Below are positions 11,068 to 22,888 of a stretch of 64,000 nucleotides of DNA, piece by piece. Positions within the stretch are counted from its first letter, which is position 1. Each line of letters starts with the position of its first letter. The notes beneath the pieces are model-generated. The model was not told the origin of the DNA. It worked only from the letters and a program-made list of their open reading frames with translations, and ran no database searches. The DNA comes from an uncultured Candidatus Saccharimonas sp. Its GTDB lineage: Bacteria; Patescibacteriota; Saccharimonadia; Saccharimonadales; OMJO01. The DNA is taken from NCBI GenBank assembly GCA_943353165.1, contig CALRAM010000002.1, positions 65,716-129,715 of the forward strand, in the 5' to 3' direction. The position numbers and the translations under genes were made by a program.

Positions 11068-12330
11068 ATGTTTGTAGATAAATCAGAAGTAATTTTTCAG
11101 GCTGGCGATGGTGGTGACGGCTATGTTAGTTTTCGACAGGAAAAATTTATAGATAAAGGCGGTCCAAGCGGCGGTGACGGCGGTGACGGCGGTGACATTA
11201 TATTGGTTGCCAGTAGAAACCAGAATACATTGGCAACTTTTCGGTATCAAAAACAACTGTTGGCTCAAAGCGGCAAAGCTGGTTTTAACCAAAGAAAACA
11301 TGGCAAAAGTGGGTCTGATCTATTGGTTGCGGTGCCTGTGGGTACTTCATTTATGAACTCAGAGGGAGTGGTGTTGGCAGACATGGTCCTAGATGGTCAG
11401 CAGACAGTAGTTGCCAATGGAGGCAAAGGTGGATTTGGAAATGCTCATTTTGTTTCGTCTGTTCGTCAGGCACCAATGGTAGCCGAAAAAGGTGAAAAAG
11501 GTGATCTAATAAAAGGCACATTGGAACTAAAAATGATAGCAGATGTCGGCCTAATTGGGCTACCAAACGCTGGCAAATCTACACTGCTAGCCAGTACCAG
11601 CAATGCTCGCCCGGAAATTGCTAATTATCCCTTTACTACCCTGATACCAAATTTGGGAGTGGTTGATATAGATAAACAAAATAGTTTGCTGTTTGCTGAC
11701 ATTCCAGGCCTAATAGAAGGTGCTAGTAAGGGCAAAGGACTTGGAGACGAATTTTTGCGTCACGTAGAGAGAACACCTGTATTGTTGCACCTGATAGATA
11801 TCTATACAAATGATTTAGAGACTGCATACAAAACAATTCAGGCAGAGCTAAAGGCCTACAAAATAGATTTGTCCAAAAGACCGCAGATAGTAGCATTGAC
11901 CAAAATTGACGGCCTGGACAACGATATAATAAACGACAGGATAGCTCAGTTAAAGAAAATCGTCAAAAGAGGCACCAAAATATTTGCTATCTCTGCCCAG
12001 AGCAAACAAGGCCTAAAAGAGCTGCTATACAGTAGCAAAGAAATCGTGTCAAAGTCCCGCAAAAAAGAACAGGCAAAACCAAAACCATTACCAGTCATAA
12101 AACTGAGCGAGGATGCTAGTTGGTTAGTAGAAAAAACAGAAAATGGTTTTAGGGTTACAGGTCAAAAAATAGAGCGTTTTGCCATGCGAACGGATTTTGG
12201 AAGCACTCACGGACAGCAAAGATTACGAGACATACTGAAAAAGACAGGAATCCTAAGAGAGTTAAATCGAAAAGGTATAACTGCCGGACAAAAAATTCGT
12301 ATTGGCGACCACGGCACACTAGAATACTAA
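11068..12330 (+). CDS. obg: GTPase Obg/CgtA
   Basis: Gly-rich Obg fold (GGDGGDGGD), G1 GLPNAGKST, DIPGLIEGAS, and a C-terminal extension. Confidence 0.9.
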   Translation: MFVDKSEVIFQAGDGGDGYVSFRQEKFIDKGGPSGGDGGDGGDIILVASRNQNTLATFRYQKQLLAQSGKAGFNQRKHGKSGSDLLVAVPVGTSFMNSEGVVLADMVLDGQQTVVANGGKGGFGNAHFVSSVRQAPMVAEKGEKGDLIKGTLELKMIADVGLIGLPNAGKSTLLASTSNARPEIANYPFTTLIPNLGVVDIDKQNSLLFADIPGLIEGASKGKGLGDEFLRHVERTPVLLHLIDIYTNDLETAYKTIQAELKAYKIDLSKRPQIVALTKIDGLDNDIINDRIAQLKKIVKRGTKIFAISAQSKQGLKELLYSSKEIVSKSRKKEQAKPKPLPVIKLSEDASWLVEKTENGFRVTGQKIERFAMRTDFGSTHGQQRLRDILKKTGILRELNRKGITAGQKIRIGDHGTLEY

Positions 12331-12381
12331 TTCAAAAAACTTAAATTTGTCGTGACAGAAATCGCTCTAGTAGTGTAATCT

Positions 12382-13821
12382 GTGTTTGTGGCCCAAACAT
12401 TATATTTTTATGATCTGGAAACTACCGGAACAGATACCCGAAACGACAGGGTTATGCAGTTTGCTGGTCAGAGAACAGATATGCAACTAAATAATGCAGG
12501 TCAACCAGATAATTTTTTGATAAAACTTTCTGATGATATAGTGCCGAACCCGACCGCAGTAATGATTACAGGTATAACACCACAAAAAAGCATAAACGAG
12601 GGAATCACCGAGTCCGAATTTCTGAAAATATTCAGCAGCGAAATATCGGTACCAGGAACAATTTTTGTAGGATTTAATTCTGTAAGGTTTGATGACGAAT
12701 TAATGAGATTTATGCTTTACCGCAATTTTTATGATGCTTATGAATGGCATTGGCAAGAGGGTCGCAGCAGATGGGATATGTTAGACGTGGTACGAATGAT
12801 GCGTGCACTGCGTCCAGAGGGTATAAATTGGCCATTCGACAAAGACAGCAAACCAACCAACAGACTTGAACTATTGACTGGTTTGAACGCAATAGAGCAC
12901 GGTAACGCGCACGATGCGTTGAGTGATGTGTTTGCGCTGATAGATTTGGCACGACTAATCCGCAAAAAACAGCCAAAACTCTTTGATTTTATGCTGAATA
13001 TACGAGACAAAAAGGATGTTTCTAAACTAGTAAACAGCGGGCAACCTTTTGTGTACACTTCTGGAAAATATAGCAATGATTGGCAAAAAACAACAGTCGT
13101 AGCTGTTGTCGCCGACTACGCCAACAGGGGCAGCTTGGTTTTCGATCTCAGGAATGACCCTACTGAATTTGCTTCCATGAGTCCAATAGAAATGGCTAAA
13201 GCATGGACACGGCGTCATAACGAAGAAGGAATAAAACTGCCTATAAAAAAGCTACTTTTCAATCATTGCCCTGCTATAGCACCATTGGCAGTTATGGATT
13301 TAAACAGCCAGAAAAGATTAGGCATTAAACTGGAAACAGTCCTAAAAAACTTTAAAAAACTACAAGAAACAGACCTTCGAACACCACTACTCGAAGCGTT
13401 GGATATAGTTGAAAAATCTAAACTGGCTAAAACAGAACCAAACGAAGATGTAGATACAAAACTTTATGACGGCTTTTTGGATAATAACGATAAAAATATC
13501 AGTCAAATCATCAGACAGTCAAAACCCGAGGAATTAAATGGCTTCCTGACAAAGATTAAAGACCAGAGACTTCAGGGCCTATTGCCTCTCTACAAAGCCA
13601 GAAATTTCCATAGCAGCCTTGATAGTCAGGAGTTAAAAGAGTGGGAAGAATATCGTAGACGGCGGCTAATGGGCGGCAAACAGAGTAGCCGACTGGCTAT
13701 ATTTTTCAAAAATCTAGCCCTGATAGCCAATGAACCGAACCTGACCCCGGAAAAACAATATTTGCTAGAAGAGTTGCAGTTGTACGGTCAGAGCATTATG
13801 CCGAACGATACAGACGACTAA
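12382..13821 (+). CDS. sbcB: Exodeoxyribonuclease I
   Basis: DEDDh exonuclease motifs FYDLETTG and HDALSDV; 479 aa. Confidence 0.85.
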   Translation: MFVAQTLYFYDLETTGTDTRNDRVMQFAGQRTDMQLNNAGQPDNFLIKLSDDIVPNPTAVMITGITPQKSINEGITESEFLKIFSSEISVPGTIFVGFNSVRFDDELMRFMLYRNFYDAYEWHWQEGRSRWDMLDVVRMMRALRPEGINWPFDKDSKPTNRLELLTGLNAIEHGNAHDALSDVFALIDLARLIRKKQPKLFDFMLNIRDKKDVSKLVNSGQPFVYTSGKYSNDWQKTTVVAVVADYANRGSLVFDLRNDPTEFASMSPIEMAKAWTRRHNEEGIKLPIKKLLFNHCPAIAPLAVMDLNSQKRLGIKLETVLKNFKKLQETDLRTPLLEALDIVEKSKLAKTEPNEDVDTKLYDGFLDNNDKNISQIIRQSKPEELNGFLTKIKDQRLQGLLPLYKARNFHSSLDSQELKEWEEYRRRRLMGGKQSSRLAIFFKNLALIANEPNLTPEKQYLLEELQLYGQSIMPNDTDD

Positions 13822-13887
13822 ACCTAGGTTATTTTTGATTTTATTTGGCTGTTTCTTTTTTGCGATAGAATAGTCTACCATAAGAGT

Positions 13888-14493
13888 ATGTCTACTATAT
13901 TATTCAGCGATCAATTAGAAGATTGGTTGAAAAGCAAGAGCCCCAAAACTGTTAGTCAGCTTGGTGAAGTTTTTGGTCGCCATAGTTTTGCCATAACAAT
14001 AGTCGTCTTGATGTTTTTGCCCGCGCTGCCAATACCTACAGGCGGTATCACGCATATATTTGAAATTATCTCCATGGTTTTGGCTTTGGAGATGACGGTC
14101 GGTATGCAAACAATCTGGTTACCAAATTTTGCAAAAAATATAAAGCTAGGCAAGAGGACGATGCAGAATGCCTTACCTTTCATGATGCGCAGGATACGGT
14201 GGTTTGAGCATTATTCTAGACCCAGAAATAGTAATTTGCTAGAAAAAAGAGCGACAGGCATGCTCATTGGTTTTTTAATGTTTGGATTTTCGCTAGCCGC
14301 TTTTCTGGCTCCACCCTTTTCTGGCTTGGACACTTTACCCGCTCTTGGAGTAGTAGCGTTAGCCCTTTCGCTAATCCTTGGAGATGTAGTAGTGCTGATA
14401 GTAGGAATTTTAATAGGTTTGTTTGGTATTTTTTTGGAACTATCTTTGGGCACAATTATTTTTAAAGCATTTGGTATGTTATTGAAAAAATAA
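13888..14493 (+). CDS. ExoD-family membrane protein
   Basis: About 200 aa with LPALPIPTGGITHIF followed by TM helices, a pattern typical of ExoD-like proteins. Confidence 0.5.
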   Translation: MSTILFSDQLEDWLKSKSPKTVSQLGEVFGRHSFAITIVVLMFLPALPIPTGGITHIFEIISMVLALEMTVGMQTIWLPNFAKNIKLGKRTMQNALPFMMRRIRWFEHYSRPRNSNLLEKRATGMLIGFLMFGFSLAAFLAPPFSGLDTLPALGVVALALSLILGDVVVLIVGILIGLFGIFLELSLGTIIFKAFGMLLKK

Positions 14494-14562
14494 TAAAATA
14501 CAACAGGTAAATCGTCGTTATCTGTGTTAATCTTTTGTAATAAATTAAGCACAGAGGAAAAT

Positions 14563-15264
14563 ATGCCCAGAAGGAACAATCTTCGACGTAACACTTCTAA
14601 GAGCTACTTACCCAGACAAAAACCACATTTGCCTGAGCTGGGCGCTAGACACCCGATTGTGTTTGACGAAGCACTAGAAGATTTCTTTATAAGGGCAGAG
14701 TTCGGCATGGAGTCAGCCCTTTATGACAACGAATTTTTGACAGAAAAAGTTCCTCACAAAAAGTCAAATTACAAATTATATGATAATAGTAACAGCGCTG
14801 GGATTACTATTGTAGAACGCCGCCTGTCTGCGGAATATGCAGACAGACACAGAATAAAATGGACACCCAATGACGCTGGCAGAATAAGAGGAGAGATACA
14901 GAACGAATTGGGTAGATTGGCTATACCAGACGAGTGGCCAATGAAAGTTACGTTTGACGAAATCATTCGGGTCGGCGATGCCGACGAGCAACGCTCTAGA
15001 AAATTAGCATTGTTGGTTGATCAGGGCAGTGATGTCGCTGAGTTTTTAGTTAGAGAGCACGAAATAACAATGGATGGTTTGGGCAGAGCTTTTAGGGCGC
15101 TGCGTTATCCATATGACGGCTATATGCCAAAGTTTACGGTCGCTGCGTTAGACAGGCATTTATCTAACGATGTAAAGAACGAGGCAGTTTACGAGTTACG
15201 TAGCTTATTGCCCATTACTGCCTACATAGAGCCGATTAGGTTTACAGCCCACCAAGATTTTTAA
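14563..15264 (+). CDS. Hypothetical protein with a basic N-terminus
   Basis: ATG at 14563 preceded by GAGGAA. No family recognised. Confidence 0.5.
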   Translation: MPRRNNLRRNTSKSYLPRQKPHLPELGARHPIVFDEALEDFFIRAEFGMESALYDNEFLTEKVPHKKSNYKLYDNSNSAGITIVERRLSAEYADRHRIKWTPNDAGRIRGEIQNELGRLAIPDEWPMKVTFDEIIRVGDADEQRSRKLALLVDQGSDVAEFLVREHEITMDGLGRAFRALRYPYDGYMPKFTVAALDRHLSNDVKNEAVYELRSLLPITAYIEPIRFTAHQDF

Positions 15265-15370
15265 AGCTAAATCTTTGGTTGTAAGCTTCTAAGGTGTTTG
15301 GGGCTAGCTTATTTGGTCTTTTTCGTGTATAATCAACCAGCTCTAATTTTATAAACAGGAAGCATATAGA

Positions 15371-18178
15371 ATGAACGAAATAGTAGTTAAAGGTGCACGC
15401 GAACACAATCTGAAAAATATTGATGTTTCTATTCCTCGCGGGAAAATGGTGGTGATTACAGGTCTTTCGGGTTCTGGTAAATCTAGCTTGGCATTTGACA
15501 CTATTTACGCCGAAGGACAGCGCCGTTATGTAGAGTCATTGAGCGCTTATGCGCGACAGTTTTTAGGTCTGATGGAAAAGCCAGATGTTGATCAAATTGA
15601 CGGACTCAGCCCGGCGATTAGTATCGACCAAAAGTCTACCAGCAGAAATCCCAGAAGTACGGTCGCTACGGTAACTGAAATATATGATTATCTGAGGCTT
15701 TTGTTTGCCCGAATTGGTGTTCCTCATTGCCCTAAATGTGGCAAATCTGTTACCCGACAAACTGCACAGGCAATCGTCGACCAGGTGGCATCGTTACCAA
15801 CTGGCAGCAAACTTATGATATTGTCGCCTGTAGTAGTGGACAAAAAAGGTGCCTTCGAGCATATACCAGAGCAATTCCAGCGCGTAGGTTTTGCCAGAGC
15901 CAGAATAGACGGAGTTGTATATTCGCTAGATGAATTTCCCGAACTGGACAAAAATTATAAACACACTATAGAAATCGTTGTAGACAGACTAGTCAACGAC
16001 AAACCCAGCATTGGACGATTGACGCAAAGCATAGAACAGGCACTGGACTTGGCAGAAGGAAGATTGCGTGTCCTGCATGCCGATAGCGAAGAAGTCAGCG
16101 AGTACAGCCTGCAGTATGCCTGCCTAGACCATCCTGATATAAATATTCCTGAATTAGAACCTAGAACATTTAGTTTTAACAGTCCCCATGGTGCTTGCCC
16201 TGTTTGTACTGGTTTAGGGTCACGACTAGAGGTTGATCCCGAGCTGGTCATACCAAATGGTAGGCTGACGATAGCAGAAGGTGCTATCAGACCTTTCAAT
16301 CGTATAAACGCTGATGCTTGGTACAGCAAAAAGATGAACGCCGTAGCCGAAAAATACGGTTTTAGCTTGCACGAACCAACTGCAAAATTAAAGCCAGCCA
16401 ATTTAGAGAAGTTATTGTATGGCACTGGAACAGAAAAATATCAGGTTGCTTTGGGCGGAGGTCGTTCTTTTGAAACGACTTACGAAGGAGTCATACCAAA
16501 CCTAGAACGACGGCACAAAGAAACTGACAGTGATTTTATGCGTCGCGACATAGAACGCTTTATGCGCGAAAAGCCATGCCACGCGTGTGAGGGTCGTAGG
16601 CTAAAGCCCGAAGTCTTGGCTGTTACCGTCAAAGATTATTCTATTATGGACATATGTCAGCTTTCTATAGATGATGCAGCAGAATTTTTTGAAACTATGG
16701 TTTTTAGCGACAAAGAAGCTGTGATTGCTAAACAAATATTAAAAGAGATAAACGCTCGCCTAAAATTTATGCAAGATGTAGGGTTGAACTATTTGAGCTT
16801 GTTGCGAAGTGCAGTGACTTTGTCTGGCGGGGAAGCCCAACGAATACGGTTAGCGACCCAAATAGGTTCGGGGCTGATGGGCGTATTATATGTACTGGAT
16901 GAACCTTCGATAGGCTTGCACCAGCGTGACAATGAAAGGTTGATCGGTACCCTAAAACACCTTCGAGATTTGGGCAACTCTGTCATAGTGGTGGAACACG
17001 ACGAAGAAACTATTCGAACAGCCGACTATTTGCTGGATATTGGTCCAGGTGCAGGTATACATGGGGGTAGGGTTGTGGCTATGGGTACGCCTGAGGAAGT
17101 ATCTAGAACTCCTGAAAGTGTAACTGGAATGTATCTGCGTGGTGAACGCAAAATCAGTATTCCTAAAAAATTGCGACCCGGAAACGGTAAATCCTTGGTC
17201 ATAAAAGGTGCAAAAGAACACAATCTAAAAAACTTAACAGTAGATATTCCTCTGGGCAAGCTGGTCGTAGTCAGCGGTGTCTCTGGGTCGGGTAAATCTA
17301 GTCTGATAAATGACATTCTAGCCAAAGAATTATCTGCTCGTTTGATGCGCGCAAATATGGTTCCTGGACGCCACGACGACATTACAGGCATAGAGCATTT
17401 GGATAAAGCCATCATCATAAACCAAGCACCAATAGGTCGAACCCCAAGGTCCAATTCTGCAACCTATACGGGACTTTTTACGCCAATTCGCGAACTTTTT
17501 GCCAGCGTTCCAGAAGCAAAACTACGGGGATACGGTCCGGGTCGGTTTAGTTTTAATGTCCGGGGTGGCCGCTGCGAAAATTGTTCGGGTGATGGAATAA
17601 TAAAGATAGAGATGCATTTTTTGCCAGATGTTTATGTGACCTGCGAAGAATGCAAGGGGCGTCGCTACAATCGGGAAGCCTTAGAGATTCATTACAAAGG
17701 AAAATCTATCAGCGACGTATTATCAATGACCTGCGAAACAGCGCTAGCTTTTTTCGTAAATATTCCTTCGATTTCACGCAAACTTCAGACGCTGGTCGAC
17801 GTCGGCTTAGGATACATAACGCTAGGGCAGTCGGCTACGACTTTGTCTGGCGGGGAAGCCCAACGAGTAAAATTGGCTACCGAACTGTCTCGGCGACCCA
17901 CCGGCAGAACTCTATACATACTGGACGAACCTACTACCGGGCTACATATGGAAGACGTCAGCCGGCTGTTGGTCGTACTTCACGCTCTAGTAAATGCCGG
18001 CAATAGTATGATAGTCATAGAACACAATCTAGATGTCATAAAAAATGCAGACCACATAATAGACATGGGCCCAGAAGGCGGGGAAGCGGGTGGTCAGATA
18101 GTTGCCACCGGAACACCGCAAAAAGTTGCCAGTACCGCAGAGTCTTATACAGGTAAATTTTTGAGCAAAATACTATGA
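15371..18178 (+). CDS. uvrA: Excinuclease ABC subunit A
   Basis: Two ABC ATPase modules ([18 protein letters not shown], two LSGGEAQR signatures) and zinc modules ([21 protein letters not shown]). Confidence 0.95.
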   Translation: MNEIVVKGAREHNLKNIDVSIPRGKMVVITGLSGSGKSSLAFDTIYAEGQRRYVESLSAYARQFLGLMEKPDVDQIDGLSPAISIDQKSTSRNPRSTVATVTEIYDYLRLLFARIGVPHCPKCGKSVTRQTAQAIVDQVASLPTGSKLMILSPVVVDKKGAFEHIPEQFQRVGFARARIDGVVYSLDEFPELDKNYKHTIEIVVDRLVNDKPSIGRLTQSIEQALDLAEGRLRVLHADSEEVSEYSLQYACLDHPDINIPELEPRTFSFNSPHGACPVCTGLGSRLEVDPELVIPNGRLTIAEGAIRPFNRINADAWYSKKMNAVAEKYGFSLHEPTAKLKPANLEKLLYGTGTEKYQVALGGGRSFETTYEGVIPNLERRHKETDSDFMRRDIERFMREKPCHACEGRRLKPEVLAVTVKDYSIMDICQLSIDDAAEFFETMVFSDKEAVIAKQILKEINARLKFMQDVGLNYLSLLRSAVTLSGGEAQRIRLATQIGSGLMGVLYVLDEPSIGLHQRDNERLIGTLKHLRDLGNSVIVVEHDEETIRTADYLLDIGPGAGIHGGRVVAMGTPEEVSRTPESVTGMYLRGERKISIPKKLRPGNGKSLVIKGAKEHNLKNLTVDIPLGKLVVVSGVSGSGKSSLINDILAKELSARLMRANMVPGRHDDITGIEHLDKAIIINQAPIGRTPRSNSATYTGLFTPIRELFASVPEAKLRGYGPGRFSFNVRGGRCENCSGDGIIKIEMHFLPDVYVTCEECKGRRYNREALEIHYKGKSISDVLSMTCETALAFFVNIPSISRKLQTLVDVGLGYITLGQSATTLSGGEAQRVKLATELSRRPTGRTLYILDEPTTGLHMEDVSRLLVVLHALVNAGNSMIVIEHNLDVIKNADHIIDMGPEGGEAGGQIVATGTPQKVASTAESYTGKFLSKIL

Positions 18179-18549
18179 AACAGTTAACACTACCGTCGTG
18201 GCAGCTAGAAAAAACTTGCAAAGGTTACATAGAATCTAGATCAACCAGAGGACAAATTACAACCAATGCTAATAAATTGGCTGTAATTTTACTGGCTTCT
18301 ACAGCCATAAACAAAGCTTGGGCTGAACCAAAGCAAAATATTAGCAATGTTATGAATTCGTGGGCAGACGAATTGCACCCTGAAAGCAAGGAAACTGTAG
18401 ACTATTTATTCTCTGACAACCAAAGGTACAGAAACATAGCAAGGACAGTTTTTGCTAGCGTAAAACCTGCAGGCTGTTATGAAACAGAGCAGTTGCTAGC
18501 TAGAATTGAAAATGGACAGATAGACGTCAGTTTGCGGACAGACAGCTAG
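18175..18549 (+). CDS. Hypothetical protein, coupled to uvrA
   Basis: ATGA overlap with the uvrA stop; 124 aa; no family recognised. Confidence 0.4.
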   Translation: MKQLTLPSWQLEKTCKGYIESRSTRGQITTNANKLAVILLASTAINKAWAEPKQNISNVMNSWADELHPESKETVDYLFSDNQRYRNIARTVFASVKPAGCYETEQLLARIENGQIDVSLRTDS

Positions 18550-19178
18550 CCTTTTTTTTGAAAAAATTTGCTAATCTTTGAAGCAATAATTTTGCGTATT
18601 TTTGGGTCGGAAAATATATGATAAACAGAAGGCCCAAAAGTAAGCAATGAAGCAAATGCGATTGCCGGCAATATGTAGGCGTCAATGTTCGGTATTTTGC
18701 TGCCAAAATAGTAACCCAATAGAGTAACGCCAGCTCCCCAGCTGATACAGCCTATCAAATCGAACAAAACAAACCGTTTTCTAGGCATTTTTGCGGCGCC
18801 CGCGACTACCGGGGCAAAAGTACGCACTAGTGGCAAAAATCTGGCTAGCATAATTGTTTTGCCACCATGTTTTTCATAGAATTTTTCTGCACGACGCAGG
18901 TACTCAGCCCGAAAAAGTAGCCCATCTTCTTTTTTAAATATTTTCTTGCCTGTTTTGGCGCCTATAAAATATCCAGTGTTGTCGCCAGCAACGGCGCACA
19001 AGATAATTACTGCTATCAGGGGTAACAAAGGAAGCTTGCCTTGGGCAGCAAATATGCCAGCAGGAAAAAGCAAGGTATCTCCAGGTAGAAAAAATCCAAC
19101 TAACAGGCCAGACTCTGCAAACACAATTAAACCAACCAATAGTATGCCGCCAGTTTCCAGTATGTGGTTTATGTCCAT
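18546..19178 (-). CDS. DedA-family membrane protein
   Basis: FLPGDTLLF and ARFLPLVRTFAPVVAG motifs; 210 aa, polytopic. Confidence 0.85.
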   Translation of the reverse strand: MDINHILETGGILLVGLIVFAESGLLVGFFLPGDTLLFPAGIFAAQGKLPLLPLIAVIILCAVAGDNTGYFIGAKTGKKIFKKEDGLLFRAEYLRRAEKFYEKHGGKTIMLARFLPLVRTFAPVVAGAAKMPRKRFVLFDLIGCISWGAGVTLLGYYFGSKIPNIDAYILPAIAFASLLTFGPSVYHIFSDPKIRKIIASKISKFFQKKG

Positions 19179-19304
19179 TACAAATATAAGAGTAACGGTT
19201 TTTGGTGTTTTGGTCTAGTTTGGGCCTAACAGAGTATAAACACTTTCCAAAACCAACAAAATCCTGTACAATAGCTATTAATATTCAGTTATACAAAGGA
19301 TTTT

Positions 19305-20018
19305 ATGTCGTCAGGTGATATTTTGGTGGAACTAGAAGAGCGTACCATTCTAAAAAAAGGACTTCAGCATTTGCGTGCCGAAGGAAAAATTCCAGCAGTT
19401 ATTCATGATCATGGCAAGCCGTCGTCTCATGTTATGGCTAGTGTTAGTGTCCTTACAAAAGCCTATTCCAGCGCTGGAAAACACCACCCTGTACATTTGA
19501 CAGTTGGGAGCACAAAACACCTCGCCCTAATTAAAGACGTGGATTTTGACCCAGTAAAGCATCAAATGCGCCATGTTGTATTTCAGGCTATCAGACAAAA
19601 CGAAGCTGTAGAGGCAGAAATCCCGATTGTGTTCCTCGCAGACACTGATATTCCTGCCGAAAAACAAAGTTTATTGGTGTTAAGGCAACTAGATCATGCT
19701 CAGGTAAAAGCATTGCCCAGAGATTTGCCTGACGAATTAGTAGTAGACCCTAGCAAACTAGTTGAAGTAGGAGACCACATTACGGTTGCTGACATAATAG
19801 TTCCAGAAGGTGTAACCATTTTGACAGATCCTGGCCACCCTATCGCAACTGTAGAAATGCCAAAAGACCAATTAGCAGAAGCTGACGCTTCAGCTGCTGC
19901 CTTAGCAGAAGACGCCGACAAGGCCGAAGACGCCGACAAGGGCGAAACTGCCGAAGGCGAAACAGCCACTCCTGCCGAAGGCGAGCCTTCAAAAACCACC
20001 GAAGAATCCAAAAGCTAG
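19305..20018 (+). CDS. rplY: Ribosomal protein L25 (Ctc form) with an acidic C-terminal tail
   Basis: RAEGKIPAVIH N-terminal motif and two-domain length. The tail contains tandem EDADK units. Confidence 0.8.
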   Translation: MSSGDILVELEERTILKKGLQHLRAEGKIPAVIHDHGKPSSHVMASVSVLTKAYSSAGKHHPVHLTVGSTKHLALIKDVDFDPVKHQMRHVVFQAIRQNEAVEAEIPIVFLADTDIPAEKQSLLVLRQLDHAQVKALPRDLPDELVVDPSKLVEVGDHITVADIIVPEGVTILTDPGHPIATVEMPKDQLAEADASAAALAEDADKAEDADKGETAEGETATPAEGEPSKTTEESKS

Positions 20019-20024
20019 ACGCTT

Positions 20025-21791
20025 TTATTCGTTCAAAAAACCACCAGATTGTTGCGTCCAAAGCTTAGCGTATAGTCCGTTTTTTATTTGTATTAGATCC
20101 GAATGGGATCCTTCTTCCAGTATCTTTCCTTTTTCTAGGACAATTATGTGGTCCATATGTGCGATAGTGCTCAGTCTATGGGCAATAACCAATGCGGTTC
20201 GTCCCTCCATCAGTTTCCATAACGCATCCTGTATCAGTGCTTCACTCTCGCTATCTAGGGCGCTGGTGGCTTCGTCTAGAACCAGTATTGGAGCGTCCTT
20301 TAACATTGCTCGGGCGATTGCCACACGCTGTCTTTGGCCACCGCTTAGTTTGACACCTCGTTCACCTACCAGAGTATCGTATCCATCGGACAATTCTATG
20401 ATAAATTCGTGGGCGTGGGCTTTTTTGGCAACAGCGATTATTTCTTCGGGAGTAGCATCTAGTTTGCCGTAGCTAATGTTTTCTGATAGCGTTCTATGAA
20501 ATAGCAGAGGCTCTTGGGGCACATAGGCGACAGCATCCCTCAGACTTTTTAGGGTAACTTCTTTTATGTCGTAGCCATTTATCATTATTTTGCCACCTTG
20601 TATGTCCATGAATCTCAACAAGAGTTTTGTCAAAGTTGTTTTTCCAGAACCAGAGCGTCCAACTAGACCTATTTTTTGCCCCGCGCCTATGTGTATATTT
20701 AGATTTTCAAATAATATATTTTTGTTCCCAGAATTGTGCGAAAATGTGGCGCCAACAAAGTCGACAGTTCCATTTCCAGAAGTTAATTGCTTAGCGTTTT
20801 TTTCCTCGACAATACTGTTTTTTGTTTCTAATATCTGAGCCATATCATAAGCGTCACCCATGACGCGATGATAGTTTTTTAGGATAGAGTTCATTTCCCA
20901 AAGTTGTCTAGACATATTTAGGGTGTAGGTTATGCAGAGGTAAGCTATGCCTAGAGGGATAACTTTGCGAGAGCTAGCCCAGATTGTCATGGTCAAGGCC
21001 AAGGTGTTCAAGGCAACAATCAGAGACGTATACTTGCTACTGACCCTTAGGAACCCGTGCATTGATTTGAGGGATTTCTTTCGCCAATCGGTCAATAGTA
21101 TATTGTATTGGACGGACTCGTATTTTTCATTTCCATAACTTTTTATAGCCGAAATATTTGATATAACGTCTGCTAGTCTGCCGGTATTTCTGGTGCTGGC
21201 CTGAGCCTCTTTGGTGTAAAAACCATACATTTTTTTGGATCCGATTAGCACAGTCGCAATAAATGTAACTGCAACAAGCCCTAGGACTATGGCGTATTGC
21301 CAGAAAACTATACTCAGGACAACCACGGCCACTATTATAGAAACAAAAGATGGAACAAGCTGAAAAATTATTGTGTCCCAAAATCTTTCAAACGCTCCAA
21401 TAAATTTGTTGGTTTGGGACACCAAGGACCCGCCAAACCTATTGGCATGAAAGTCTAGTGTTTGGTTAGACAGCTTATAAAATATGGTTTTGGACAAATT
21501 TCTTTGAGCGGCGGTCTCCATAGTCCATATCATGTAGAGGTTTATTCGCCAGCCAATTAGTTCGCCGTATAACTGACTGACTAAATAGGCAAGAACTAGA
21601 GCATAATTGTTGGATAATGTGCCCAAATTTCCAGACTGTAGTCGACTCAGAAAAATAGAAATGATTAGAGGACCAACAAAACTGCTGACCAGCACAGTCA
21701 AGCCGCTGTTTACCAGTGCGGCGGATGTACGATAAGGATACTGCCAGGCAGCCTTTATAAAATATCGAATGATTGTTTTGTTCATGGCCAA
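20025..21791 (-). CDS. ABC exporter, fused permease/ATPase (MsbA/multidrug type)
   Basis: Six-TM N-terminal half; Walker A GRSGSGKTT, signature LSGGQRQRVAIARA, Walker B ILVLDEATSALD. Confidence 0.9.
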   Translation of the reverse strand: MAMNKTIIRYFIKAAWQYPYRTSAALVNSGLTVLVSSFVGPLIISIFLSRLQSGNLGTLSNNYALVLAYLVSQLYGELIGWRINLYMIWTMETAAQRNLSKTIFYKLSNQTLDFHANRFGGSLVSQTNKFIGAFERFWDTIIFQLVPSFVSIIVAVVVLSIVFWQYAIVLGLVAVTFIATVLIGSKKMYGFYTKEAQASTRNTGRLADVISNISAIKSYGNEKYESVQYNILLTDWRKKSLKSMHGFLRVSSKYTSLIVALNTLALTMTIWASSRKVIPLGIAYLCITYTLNMSRQLWEMNSILKNYHRVMGDAYDMAQILETKNSIVEEKNAKQLTSGNGTVDFVGATFSHNSGNKNILFENLNIHIGAGQKIGLVGRSGSGKTTLTKLLLRFMDIQGGKIMINGYDIKEVTLKSLRDAVAYVPQEPLLFHRTLSENISYGKLDATPEEIIAVAKKAHAHEFIIELSDGYDTLVGERGVKLSGGQRQRVAIARAMLKDAPILVLDEATSALDSESEALIQDALWKLMEGRTALVIAHRLSTIAHMDHIIVLEKGKILEEGSHSDLIQIKNGLYAKLWTQQSGGFLNE

Positions 21792-22002
21792 AGCCTCCTG
21801 CTTGGCGATTTAGTAAAATGTAGTATTAGGGTTTTTGTTTTAGCAAGAAAGTGGTTAGCTGGCCACATAGGCGCAGCGTAGTGCACTTGTTATTAAATAG
21901 TTTCGTCGTGTCATTCTGCTGGCCCTTTCCGTAATTATAGTATTAGCATAATTATAACACACCTGTTAATTACTGACAAAAGTGTTAAAATAAGTATAAG
22001 TT

Positions 22003-22887
22003 ATGGAAAAAATAATACTCTATTACAAATTCGTGCCGATTAATGACCCGACCACAGTTATGCATTGGCAAAGAGAGCTATGCCAACGCTACGATCTAAA
22101 GGGTCGTATCATCATCAGTTTGGACGGAATAAATGGAACTCTGGGTGGACGAGTAGATGACCTAAAGGCATACAAAAAAGCTATGAACTTGCATCCGCTG
22201 TTCAAGGGCATAACTTACAAATGGAGCGACGGCGAAGCGAACGATTTCCCCCGCTTGTCCATAAAAGTTCGCAAAGAAATCGTAACTTTTTTGGCATCCA
22301 ACGAATTAAAAGTTAGCGCAAAAGGTGTGTTAGGCGGCGGCAAACACATAAAGCCAGAAGCATTGCACAAATTGGTAGCCGAAAAAGGCGAAAATTTAGT
22401 TTTTATGGATGGTCGTAACGCCTTTGAGGCAAAAATAGGCAATTTCAAGGGTGCGGTAGTGCCGAACACACGAACAACGCGTGATTTTTTGGAAGAGCTA
22501 GAAACTCCGCAAATGAAAGCGCTCAAAAACAAAACTATCGTGACATATTGTACTGGTGGAATACGCTGCGAGATATTGAGTAGTATGATGATAAACCGCG
22601 GGTTCAAAGATGTTTATCAGATGGACGGCGGCATAGCCAAATACGGCGAAAAATTCAAAGACGATGGATTGTGGCAAGGCAAATTGTATGTCTTTGACAA
22701 GCGTATGAATCTGGCTTTTAGCGACAAGTCCAAAGACATAGGAAAATGTAGCCACTGTGGCGCCAAAACCAGCCAATTCATAAACTGCGCCGACCAGAGC
22801 TGCAACGATCTTGTTTTGGCGTGCCAAAAATGTTCTGCTAAAACGCAGTATTGCTCCCTACATGTCAAACAAACAGTTACGGTATAA
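22003..22887 (+). CDS. trhO: Rhodanese-domain tRNA uridine(34) hydroxylase (UPF0176/YceA)
   Basis: Rhodanese loop CTGGIRCE and a C-terminal Cys cluster (CSHCG...CADQSC). Confidence 0.8.
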   Translation: MEKIILYYKFVPINDPTTVMHWQRELCQRYDLKGRIIISLDGINGTLGGRVDDLKAYKKAMNLHPLFKGITYKWSDGEANDFPRLSIKVRKEIVTFLASNELKVSAKGVLGGGKHIKPEALHKLVAEKGENLVFMDGRNAFEAKIGNFKGAVVPNTRTTRDFLEELETPQMKALKNKTIVTYCTGGIRCEILSSMMINRGFKDVYQMDGGIAKYGEKFKDDGLWQGKLYVFDKRMNLAFSDKSKDIGKCSHCGAKTSQFINCADQSCNDLVLACQKCSAKTQYCSLHVKQTVTV

Positions 22888-22888
22888 A

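Noticed and set aside
11160-11200. A tandem ggcggtgac repeat.
   Set aside because: It encodes the GGDGGDGGD glycine-rich Obg fold, a normal feature of obg.
15955-16425. A 156-aa minus-strand ORF and several 60-140-aa ORFs inside uvrA; similar shadow ORFs occur inside atpD, ftsA, ligA, leuS, the ABC exporter and others.
   Set aside because: All lie within well-supported genes on the opposite strand or in another frame, and none has a recognisable motif.
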